Shown: in pieces, positions 46,276 through 64,000 of the stretch
How the letters are laid out: each line of letters starts with the position of its first letter
Position numbering within the stretch: position 1 is the first letter of the stretch
Assembly (NCBI GenBank): GCA_000004695.1
Contig: CM000151.3
Span: 5,760,001-5,824,000, forward strand
Origin: Dictyostelium discoideum
Taxonomy: Eukaryota
Length of the DNA stretch: 64,000 nucleotides
Direction: 5' to 3'
Notes under the pieces: model-generated
Database searches by the model: none
The model's input: the letters and a program-made list of their open reading frames with translations, nothing else
What the model was told of the DNA's origin: nothing
Translations under genes and position numbers: made by a program

Positions 46276-46626
46276 ACCCTAACTTTTTTTAGAATTTCCA
46301 ATAAATTTCAATTTTTTTATTTTTTTATTTTTTTTATTTTTATTTTATTTTTTTATTTTATTTTTATTTTATTTTTTTTTTCTTTTAAATTTCTTAACAT
46401 AGAATCCTGCAAATGATAAACTATAATCAAAGCAAATAAGTTTTCTTTGTAAAGAATTTTTTTTATCAATATCAATAAATTACAATAATGGATTCAAGTT
46501 ATAATTATAGAAAGCTTATTTGTTTACAAAATAGTAGTGACGACCATAATAATAATAAAATAAAACAACAAAATTTTAAAAGATTATTCTCTGAATTTAA
46601 AAATATATTAGAGTTTAAAACAATAA

Positions 46627-47304
46627 ATGACGATAACAATAACAACAACCAATAATAATAATAATAATTTTGAAGAAACAAATGATGAAATAAATATAAA
46701 TATAATAAAATCATTAACGAATCCAAATGAAGAAAAAGAAATTACAAATAAACAACTATTACAAATCATTACTAATAATTCAATAGAAAAAATCATAAAT
46801 AAATATAAAGATAAAATAATAAACTACCAATTTAATGATTTTATTAATAAAGAAAATAAATCATATCCAATTGTATACTTTTCAGAGATTCAATTATTTT
46901 TAATTCAAAATATTAAAAATTTAAATTGGTATTTCTATAATAATAATAAAAATAATAAAAATAATAATAATAATAATAATAATATTAATAATAATAATAA
47001 TATTAATAATTTAATACCGTCAATAGCAATAACAATTTTAATATCATTAAATAATAATAATAATGAAATTAAAACATTTATAAATTACCAAATTGGTTCA
47101 TTTAAAAATAATAATAATAATTATGATAATGGTTCATTTATAGCAAATGAATTTAAAAAGACATTTAATGAATTATCAGATTATTATTATATAGTAAATA
47201 AATCATTTAATAAATGTTGTTTAGAGTTTATAAAATATATTAGAAATCATGAATATCAAGGTACTTTTGAAATTCATGTTTCAGTTGATTCGAAATCATC
47301 TTTA

Positions 47305-47337
<33 letters not shown>

Positions 47338-48015
47338 GAAGAAAAAGAGGAAGAAGAAAAAGAGCAGCAACTTGACAATAATAATAATAATAAATATATT
47401 GAGGAATTTAAAGAATTTTGTAAAGAAAATAAATTAAAATCAATTTTAATTGAATTATCGAAAGGTGAATTTTCAAATCAAATGATGACATCATCACATC
47501 ATCATTCAGCTGATTTATTTAGTGTTCAATTGAAAGCTTATGAAATTGCTTTCAATTTATTGGTAAAAGGTTATAATGTTTCAAGATTAAAAATTGAAAT
47601 TTTAGCATCATGTACTGGTGTACCTGAATCAATTGAAAAACATTTACAATTATCACCTTCAAATTATTTTGAATTTCATATAAAATTATTATTACCAATT
47701 TTAAATAATAATAATAATGAAAATAATTATAATAATAATGAAATTATTAATGGTAATTTAAATTTATTAAAAGAAATTATGAATAAACATAATGGTCATT
47801 TATCAAGAAACTCGTTCAAAATTTCTTTAGATGAAAAATTTGCTGAAAGATTTGTAACTTTAAGAATGTATTCAATTGGTAGAGATATTGCAACTGATAG
47901 ATTCGAATCTTGTAAAAATGAATTATTATTTAATAATTTTAAAATATCAACTTCACACAGAGAATATTCAATCTATGATTCAAATATTAATTTAGATATT
48001 GGTTGGATTGAATAA
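46627..48015 (+). CDS. Hypothetical protein, 462 aa, with an N-rich N-terminal half and a C-terminal half of normal complexity.
   Basis: The long ORF has good coding texture in its C-terminal 250 aa, for example ...KISLDEKFAERFVTLRMYSIGRDIATDRFESCKNELLF.... An alternative-frame ATG at 46489 overlaps the start, and no GT/AG pair joins it, so the true start is uncertain. Two H-x-[STK]-x tetrads, EIHVSV and EFHIKL, are spaced like a degenerate 2H-phosphoesterase fold. This is speculative. Confidence 0.5.
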
Positions 48016-48251
48016 ATAAATAAATAAATTAAATTAAACAAAAAAAAAAAAAAATGAAAAAAAAAAAAAAATGAAATAAGTGATCACCTATTTCCCTATT
48101 TCATGGAAATGGAAAATATTTTATTTTTTTTATTTTTGTTTTTTATTTTTTTTTTTTTTTTATTTTTATTTTATTTTTATTTTTATTTTTATTTTTTTTT
48201 TTTTTTTTTTTTCACGACTCGGTTTCATAAAAAAAAATTTTTTTATTTTTA

Positions 48252-48282
<31 letters not shown>

Positions 48283-48488
48283 AAACGATTCTCGATTTTT
48301 ATCTATCTCTTTTTTTTTTTTTTTTCTCTCTTTGAAAGTGTTAATTATTTTTATAAAAAAAAAAAAAAGAGGTGGTGATTTTGGTTTGGTGTTTTTATAA
48401 AAAACAAATTTATTCAACCAAAAAAAAAATAAAAAAAAATAATAATAATATAAAAAATCATTTAAATAAATATATAAAAAATTAAAAA

Positions 48489-53651
<5,163 letters not shown>

Positions 53652-54126
53652 ATTTATAATATAAAAAAAAAAAATAAAAAATAAAAAAAATAAAAAATAA
53701 AAAAATTAATATAAAATAAACAAAAGAATTATTTAAATTTAACACAACTACCAATTAATAATAATATTATTGTTGGTGAAGTCAATAATAATAATAAATT
53801 TTTTAGTAATAATAATAATAATATTATAGTAATAATAATACCTTATTAAATTTTAATAATAAATATAATTTAATTTCAAATAAAAATTATTTTAAAAATA
53901 ATAATTTTTTAAATAATAGAAATTATGGTAAAACAACACCATTCGGAAATCCATCTTTTTCGGATATAATTAAAGATAGTAATTTTTTATTATTAAAAAA
54001 AGATTATGATGATTATTTCCATTTAATTAAAACAAATATTGGTTTAAAATTATTTTAAAGAATGTTTATATTACAACTGCAATTGCATTCACTGGTACAA
54101 TTTTATCAGGTTTAATATTTTCCCAA

Positions 54127-54840
54127 TTGATGATCGGTAGTCCACAATCGTTGCCAACTGCACTGGGATTGGGAGTTGGTGGATCAATGTTGTCCTTAAT
54201 ACTTTGCAATATGCAACAACCTACATATACAACTTATGACACCATTTGGGATGGTCCATTGGATAATAGTGTAAAGAAACCAATTTTAAAAAGTGTTGAT
54301 AAAAGTGGTAAAAGTGTAATAGAGTTTGAAGAATTCAGTAAATCGGTTATACCAATTACAGTTGCCAATTATTCAACGTTACATAAAATGGCATTCGTTT
54401 CATTTTGTGTATTCAATGGAATTTCACTATCACCCACTTTCGGATTACTACCAGTATCTACATTTTTGGGGGTCGCAGCTTTAAGTGTATTCGTTACTGG
54501 TGGTAGTGTTTTTGCTGCATTAAAGATGAAACCTGATAGTTTAACCAAATATAAACCAATACTCTATGGTAGCTTGTTTGGTCTTTTCGGATTGGGTTTG
54601 GTTTCAATTGGTACTTCAATAATGATGGGTGAGAATACTTTCACCCGTTTCGCTCAAGAGTTTGATCTCTATTTTGGTCTTGCTTTATTCACTGGTTTAA
54701 CTGCTTTAGATACTCACAATGCTGTCAAAACTTTTCAAGAGGGTAAACCAGATTACATTAGAGTTTCAATTGATCTATTTTTAGATATTTTAAATATTTT
54801 TGTTAGACTTTTAAGAGCTAGAAGTAATAGCAATAAGTAA
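54127..54840 (+). CDS. GHITM/MICS1-like TMBIM (Bax-inhibitor-1 family) membrane protein. The major exon is reported here, and the N-terminus is unresolved. A plausible full model is join(53925..53927, 54061..54840), 260 aa.
   Basis: The C-terminal signature is FTGLTALDTHNAVKTFQEGKPDYIRVSIDLFLDILNIFVRLLRA, which corresponds to GHITM's LTLYDTQ...DPI...IYLDTLNIFMR. The open frame extends upstream of the track ORF as NVYITTAIAFTGTILSGLIFSQL, a TM helix, up to an acceptor TTTTAAAG at 54060. The only upstream ATG that fits is 53925-53927, which is immediately followed by GTAAAA, giving an ATG|GT start-codon intron. Confidence 0.65.
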   Translation: MMIGSPQSLPTALGLGVGGSMLSLILCNMQQPTYTTYDTIWDGPLDNSVKKPILKSVDKSGKSVIEFEEFSKSVIPITVANYSTLHKMAFVSFCVFNGISLSPTFGLLPVSTFLGVAALSVFVTGGSVFAALKMKPDSLTKYKPILYGSLFGLFGLGLVSIGTSIMMGENTFTRFAQEFDLYFGLALFTGLTALDTHNAVKTFQEGKPDYIRVSIDLFLDILNIFVRLLRARSNSNK

Positions 54841-54841
54841 A

Positions 54842-54898
<57 letters not shown>

Positions 54899-55543
54899 GT
54901 GGATAAAAAAAAAAAAAAAAAAAAAAGAAATAAAAAATATGGTATTAAAATTTGTAAATAAATAAATAAAGTTGTTATTAAATTTAATCAAATAACAAAT
55001 TTTATGGAAGAAGATATTTTCCAATTTTTTAGAAAACAAACAAAAAAAAAAAAAATAAAAAAAAAAAAAATATTATTTGAAAATCTGGCAAACGATCGAA
55101 TGTCAAAAATTGTTGGATATTATTTTATAAAAATCTGAAACCTATTTTAAAAATTTTTTATCTTGGTTTAATTTAAATAATGTTTTGAATTGGTTTTATT
55201 AAAAAAAAAATTATTTTTTATTTTCAAAAGTTATATATAATTTTTTTTTTTTTGTTTTAAAATGATTATTTTAAAAAGTTTTGTTTTTTTTTATTTTTTT
55301 ATTTTTTTATAAATATTAAAATTTAAAGAAATTATCATGTGATTATTTTAAAATTCAATCAAAATAAAAGATATTATTTTTTAAAAATATCTTTTTCGCC
55401 AAAAAAAAAAAAAAAACCGTCGTTTGTGTAAAAAATTGAAAACGGACCTTATTTTTTTTAAAAAAAAAAAAAAAAAAAAAAAGCATTTAATACATTTCGA
55501 TAAAATTCAAAATCAAAAAAAAAAGTTACCTTTTTAACAAAAA

Positions 55544-58897
<3,354 letters not shown>

Positions 58898-59252
58898 AAG
58901 AGATTATTTTAAATCAATTCTGTTGTATTATTATTGTTTTTTACTTCCAAAAAAAAAAAAAAAAAAAAAAAATTTGATCAAAATGATTATAATAAAAACC
59001 GCAGGGGTTATTTTTAAAAATAATTTGAAACAATTCAGTGATTTCATTTTATTATTATTTTTTTTTTTTTCTTATTTTTTTTTTGTTGGTTTTTTTTTTT
59101 TTAATAATTTTGTAAAATAAAAATAACTCTTAAAAATTACATGTTCTATTATTATTTTAAAATTTGTAAATAAATAAATAAATAAATAAAAAAAAAAAAA
59201 AAAAATAAATAAATAAATAAAAATAAATAAATAAAAAAAATTATACAATAAC

Positions 59253-59399
<147 letters not shown>

Positions 59400-59465
59400 G
59401 TTATTAAAAGAAGTAATCACATCTTTAAAAATGATTTCCATTCTATTAATAAAGAAATTGATTCA

Positions 59466-59678
59466 ATGAAAGAAAATAATGAAAAAAAAGAGGATAAAAT
59501 TTTTCAAGAAATTAAAAAATTAAAATTAGAAATGGAATTATTAAGAAAGGATAATTTATCATTTAAAACAACAATACAATCTCTATCAGATTCTATAAAT
59601 AGTTTGTCAAGTGTTGAATCAAAATATGATTCTGACATTTATTACAATGACGATGAATATTCAACTATCTACTTGTAA
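59466..59678 (+). CDS. Hypothetical 70-aa coiled-coil ORF.
   Basis: It starts at an ATG directly downstream of an (AAT)n microsatellite and reads MKENNEKKEDKIFQEIKKLKLEMELLRKDNLSF.... It has a heptad-like pattern. The frame is also open upstream through the AAT repeat without an ATG. No recognisable family was found, so it may be non-coding. Confidence 0.25.
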   Translation: MKENNEKKEDKIFQEIKKLKLEMELLRKDNLSFKTTIQSLSDSINSLSSVESKYDSDIYYNDDEYSTIYL

Positions 59679-59999
59679 AAATAAAAATAAAATTGTATAA
59701 ATAAAAATAAAAATATAATTGTATAAATAAATAATGTAAATAAAAATAAAAAAATAAAAAATTTAAACTTTAAATGAAAACTTTAACTTTATTTTATTTA
59801 ATTTTTTGTCTCTAATTTTCTAATCTTGGATACCTTTATTTAAATTATAAAAATTATAAACTATTTAAATTTTGAGAAATTAAAAAAAAAAAAAAAAAGG
59901 GTTAAAATTTTAAGTTACCTTAATTAAATGAAAATAATAAAAAAACATTAATAATGATAGAGATTAATTTTTATTGAAAAATATAATATTGAATTATTA

Positions 60000-61284
60000 T
60001 TTAGTTGGAAGTTGTTGAAATTTTTTTGAGGAGGTAGACTATTAGGGTATGTTAATAAATCATTAAATCCCATATGTGTAATTTATTTTGTAACATACAC
60101 TGCACAATATTATTGAGCATCATTGCAATAATATTCAAAAAAAAGGTTATCCAACGGTAACGGCCTGAGGGTATTCGATAAATATTTCTATTCTTGATGT
60201 CCATAGAATTTCTATAAAGTAAATATACAACAGGAGTTATATGAACTATAAGAGTATATGCAGAAAAAAACCTGGAGCATCATTTTTTCACATTTAAAAT
60301 TGGATTGACCAATGAATCTTTACCATATGAATATACACCCACAATATTTGTGGAACCCTGTCTTTAAGAATTGAGGAATTTCTTTTTAAAATGTTTTAAA
60401 TCGATTTCTGAAATATAGTTGGTAATTTCTTTATCATTTCTCTTTCTAATTCTCTTAAAAAAATTAATAAACTTATAAATATTAATAAAAAGAGATGTTT
60501 AATCTGGGAATATGCTTTCATTTCCCCGAATTCAGATCCTGGTTGATCAACCTTACTAAAAGAAGATACAACAATACTATCAAGTGAAATTCCTGGATCT
60601 TGACTATTTCTTTACGTTGGGCAGTACCTAAAGCTCAACTCGAAATTGAAAGACGATACCAAGGGAACCACTAGAGCAGAGTACTTGGGTAAATTTGGTT
60701 AATTGAACGGTTTCTGTAGCTGTGTTCATTTTATACGAAAAAGAGAAAAAGGGTTTGTAAGATTTAGAATTATAATTGAAATCCAAAGAGAAAAAACTTC
60801 TTTTTGCTGAAATAGTCAGTGGGCATGTTACAATTTTGATAAATTGTCACAGATGGAAACTCTAAGTTTTAATGAAATGTTGTATTACACACTTAACAGT
60901 CATTTCTTTTTTCTCCTTGACTTCGAACCTGTGATCTTATTTTTTTTAAAGACGAAAAGGACAGACCCCTCAGGGAGTTGAACCCTGGACCAACTGCTAA
61001 CTTCTAACGTTTTGGAGACAATTACAATAAACCACTATGCTAAGGAGTCTTTGAAAAATAACGGAATGAAACACTTTGCTAAGCAGCCATTTTATACACA
61101 AGCGGTTATAAAAACATTAAGAATCAAATCAAAGCAACGGCCAGAAGAACAAAATAAATTAGACTCACTAATCTCGCTAAAGCTATTACAATTTAGCAGA
61201 CAATGGAACTCACCTCTTCACGCAATAGAACTTCCTAAACATCTCAAAAAATACAATAATTCACTCAGTACTTTCTATAAATAA

Positions 61285-61358
<74 letters not shown>

Positions 61359-61797
61359 GGAACCAAGTTAATCAGAAAATTTCCAGATTTTTAACTTTTT
61401 AAAGTAAAATAAAAAAATAGAAAGAAAAAAAGATGAAAATTACAAACAACACCACAAATATTAAGCAACACAAATGCCTACAAAAAATAAGTGAAATTGT
61501 GGATAAAACTCAAACAAAAAAAAAACAATTCAAATATGTCATCAACATCAATCATTAAGCTGATGATAAAATAAAAAAAGATTTGGAAAAAAATTTGGAC
61601 AAAAAAGATGTTTTAATCAAAAGTAATAATACAATTCAAAATTCCAAACAAAAAAAAAAAAAAAAAAAAGTAAACTACACAACCCCTCTTTTAGAGACCC
61701 TGTAAAAAAAAAAAACTAAAAATAAAATGAGATTTAGCATCTCAAGCAGAAGCAACTAATAATTGCCTTATCCAATTCAAAAAAAAAAGAGCCATTT

Positions 61798-61841
<44 letters not shown>

Positions 61842-62450
61842 ATACAACCTTAAAAGGCACCTGTAATATTTAATAATAAAATGAGATATCTCAAGAATAA
61901 GCAACTAAAAATTGCGTTATTCCATTCTAAAAAAAACGGAGCCATTTTTTGGAGAAAATTACAAGAAACCACTATGCTAAGTTGTCATCGAAAAATAAGT
62001 GGGTGAAACACTATGCTAAGGAGTCATCGAAAAACCAAATGGGTGAATTTCAAGTGAAAAATGAGATCGAAAAAAACAACCAACAACAATCCTTTTTTTG
62101 ATTTTTTCATTTTTCATATAGAAAGACTTAAAAAAAAACCTGGAATCAAGTTAAAAATCTGGTAATTTTCTGATTAACTTTTTAAAGTAAAATAAAAAAA
62201 ATTAAAAAAAAATAAAATGAAAATTACAAACAACACCAAATATTAAGCAATACAAATGCATACAAAAAATAAGCGCAATTGTGGACAAAACACAAATAAA
62301 AAAACAATTCAAATATGTCATCAACCTGATGTTTTATAACAATCAAAGCCTGTTAAATTAAAAAAAACTATAAATAAAATGAGAACAAGTTACAATTCAT
62401 TTTATAACTAAAATACAACTAAAATACAACTTAAATACAAATAAAATGCA
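60000..62450. mobile_element. Decayed, non-autonomous retroelement-like repeat complex. It is compositionally distinct (GC-richer, no long homopolymers), lacks a long ORF, and is internally repetitive.
   Basis: Three diverged copies of a unit beginning AAAAACCTGGRANCAAG occur at about 60262, 61345 and 62132. The latter two extend more than 200 bp with about 80-85% identity (...tttttaaagtaaaataaaaaaa...gaaaattacaaacaacacc...atattaagcaa.acaaatgc.tacaaaaaataag.g.aattgtgga.aaaac.caaa...caattcaaatatgtcatcaac...). A second family containing 'aaccactatgctaagg' and 'gtgaaacactatgctaaggagtcatcgaaaaa' occurs at 61032, 61966 and 62005. A third family has 'aaaatgagat...atctcaagc/aagaa..agcaactaa.aattgc.ttat.ccattc.aaaaaaaa..gagccattttttt' at 61727 and 61870. 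One segment ends TAA + A(65) at 61285-61353, which is a retro-type poly(A) tail. A tRNA-like 3' half is adjacent. All of this is consistent with fragments of tRNA-gene-targeted non-LTR retrotransposon modules (TRE-like). The identity assignment is tentative. Confidence 0.45.
60950..61000 (-). other. tRNA-like 3' half (T-arm plus acceptor 3' strand) followed by a T4 pol III-type terminator. This is probably a truncated tRNA pseudogene or a retroelement target remnant.
   Basis: The minus strand reads ...GCAGTTGGTC-CAGGG-TTCAACT-CCCTG-AGGGGTC-T-GTCCTTTTCG. That gives a 5-bp T-stem with a 7-nt TTCAACT loop (T-psi-C-R-A-N-Y pattern), a 7-nt acceptor 3' strand, a discriminator base, then TTTT. A possible 5' acceptor strand GACTCCT, which would pair with one G-U, lies 66 nt upstream. 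No acceptable D-arm or anticodon arm can be folded, so this is not a complete tRNA. Confidence 0.3.
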
Positions 62451-62784
62451 AACTACATAAAAAAAAAAAATCCAGCCAAAAACTTTGATTCTAAGGTTTC
62501 GTAACCATTTTTTGAATATATGCCTCTTCCAATTGTCAATAATTTAATAAAATTTTAGAAAAAAAAAAAAAATATTTTTTTATTATATACACCACTGAGA
62601 TTGGTCAAATTTATTTACTATTTATATTATATTTATTTATTAAAATTATTTATACATTAAAAATTAAATAACAATTTTGTTATCTTTTTTTTCTTTTTTC
62701 TTTTTTTTCTTTTTTCTTTTTTTTTTTTTTGATATATACCACCAACACTAGACATCTATTTAATTGATTTAATGTTTTTGTTTT

Positions 62785-62834
<50 letters not shown>

Positions 62835-62885
62835 TATAAAGATTATATTTTGATTTGTTTTGTTTTTTTTTTTTTTTTTTTCCCT

Positions 62886-63974
62886 CTAAATTTTTAATAA
62901 ATTTGGTAAATTACCATATTTATCCAATTTTTTACCCCAATTTTCCAATATTTTAGCGACAGTTCCTTTACCCAATTGATCGAAAGGAGGAACGATGAAA
63001 AGTTTAAGGATTTCAGTGATATTATCCATGATTGAAAGTTCTCTATCATTCTGATCTCCACGATGACCTCTTCCAGGTTTGTTTTTGGCACGAAGATGAC
63101 CCATAAAAAGGAAAGCAGTTTTTGGGTCAACCATTTTCAAGAGACCACTAATTAACAAATGAAGACAAGGAGTACCATCAATGAGTACTCTTTGACCTTG
63201 TTCATTACGTTTACATCTTCTAGAGTTTTCCATAGCATAGACTGGTATATGTTTTGGAGGATAATCATCTTGAGGCAATTGAGCCAAAATTCCAGCGAAA
63301 AATTTTCTAAATTGTAAAGCTCTTGCTTCATAATGTTTTTTCCAAGGACCGACGTCATCCTCCTCATCGAAACCATCATAGCAAGAATCTGGCAAGACAC
63401 TATTGGCATAAGTTAAAACCACGGCAGCATTTCTCCAAAGTTGTGGACCCAATTTCTCGGTGAATTGATTGATCACCAATTGATGAGCACCATCGAATCT
63501 TGTCTCTGTGAATTTCTCAACAAACAATACACAATGAATGGTTTTACCCGAGAGATATCTTTGAATTTTGATCATATTATTTGAATCGACCAACTCACCT
63601 TGTGAATCTAAAAAACCTGGTGTATCAATGATATTCAATTTGAATCCATTCACAACTCTACTATAGGTGAATGGATCTTGTGTGCATGATTCTGAGGAAT
63701 GTACGGGTATGTCAATGCCAAACACCGTATTCAATGTCGATGATTTACCAACACCAGTTCTACCCAATAATAGAACGTTACATTCATTTTGAACACCTTT
63801 TAATACTGCCAACATCTCTTGAAGCTCTTCAGTTGTCTCTTTTTCAATGGTTGCTCCATCGACACCTGGTTCCTCAAGTATTGATAAAAATGGATCATAA
63901 TCTTCTCCAATCTCTGATACATCCTCTGCTGTCATTGATGCATCTGTTGCTGTTTGTGTTTGTGTATTGGTCAT
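62886..63974 (-). CDS. AIG1/Toc34-type (GIMAP/IAN-like, paraseptin) GTPase. It is a single exon, 362 aa.
   Basis: G1 is NVLLLGRTGVGKSSTLNTVFG. G2/switch I has the form ...TQDPF.YSR. G3 is LNIIDTPGF. This is the Toc34/AIG1 pattern, with conserved hydrophobic blocks after G3. ATG 63974 is preceded by non-homopolymer sequence. The gene has visibly higher GC than its neighbours. Confidence 0.8.
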   Translation of the reverse strand: MTNTQTQTATDASMTAEDVSEIGEDYDPFLSILEEPGVDGATIEKETTEELQEMLAVLKGVQNECNVLLLGRTGVGKSSTLNTVFGIDIPVHSSESCTQDPFTYSRVVNGFKLNIIDTPGFLDSQGELVDSNNMIKIQRYLSGKTIHCVLFVEKFTETRFDGAHQLVINQFTEKLGPQLWRNAAVVLTYANSVLPDSCYDGFDEEDDVGPWKKHYEARALQFRKFFAGILAQLPQDDYPPKHIPVYAMENSRRCKRNEQGQRVLIDGTPCLHLLISGLLKMVDPKTAFLFMGHLRAKNKPGRGHRGDQNDRELSIMDNITEILKLFIVPPFDQLGKGTVAKILENWGKKLDKYGNLPNLLKI

Positions 63975-64000
63975 TGATTGTGTTATCTCTGATAATGATG

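Noticed and set aside
60950-61095. Calling a complete tRNA gene here
   Set aside because: Only the T-arm, the acceptor 3' strand and the terminator fold. No D-arm or anticodon arm of legal geometry exists within 72-90 nt, even allowing an intron. The locus is downgraded to a tRNA-like fragment.
61012-61284. 90-aa plus-strand ORF ending in TAA + A(65)
   Set aside because: It lies inside the repeat complex and overlaps the tRNA-like fragment. Its sequence is generated by repeated 'ccactatgctaagg' units. It is more likely an element-derived reading frame than a host gene, and it is kept only as evidence for a retro-type 3' end.
62894-63409. Two minus-strand alternate-frame ORFs inside the AIG1-type GTPase gene
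   Set aside because: They overlap a conserved G-domain frame, so they arise by chance.

Overview
This window is almost certainly nuclear DNA from Dictyostelium discoideum or a close dictyostelid. It is about 75-80% A+T overall, the intergenic DNA is mostly homopolymer A/T and simple repeats, the introns are short and AT-rich with GTAAGT/GTATGT donors and T-rich...AG acceptors, and the coding regions carry poly-Q/poly-N tracts. There are no prokaryotic features, so no operons and no CRISPR. I reconstructed about 22 protein-coding genes by joining ORF-track segments across introns read directly from the sequence. The confidently identified ones are:
- a full-size ABCG transporter
- riboflavin kinase
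- N-myristoyltransferase
- a PAP2 lipid phosphatase
- a PTEN-like phosphatase
- a DDX46/Prp5 DEAD-box helicase (helB1)
- proline dehydrogenase
- KTI12
- a YhhN/TMEM86 lysoplasmalogenase-like protein
- a BPNT1-type bisphosphate nucleotidase
- a P4-ATPase flippase
- the RNA polymerase I largest subunit
- a GHITM/TMBIM-like protein
- an AIG1/Toc34-type GTPase

The most unusual locus is a three-exon gene at 33308-36113. Its protein carries a prokaryotic-immunity-type SIR2_2 (ThsA/DSR-like) NADase domain with both catalytic motifs intact, fused to a C-terminal CBM48/AMPK-beta-like glycogen-binding domain. Other loci of note:
- a 7-blade FG-GAP propeller plus ~10 EGF repeats in a type I membrane protein
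- a 2.4-kb block at 60.0-62.4 kb that is compositionally distinct, internally repetitive, ORF-poor and poly(A)-terminated, next to a tRNA-like 3' half; it looks like a decayed tRNA-targeted retroelement
- a PAP2 phosphatase with Asp->Asn in catalytic motif C3
- a PTEN-like enzyme whose P-loop lacks the PTEN lysines

Splice junction coordinates are hand-derived and could be off by 1-2 nt.
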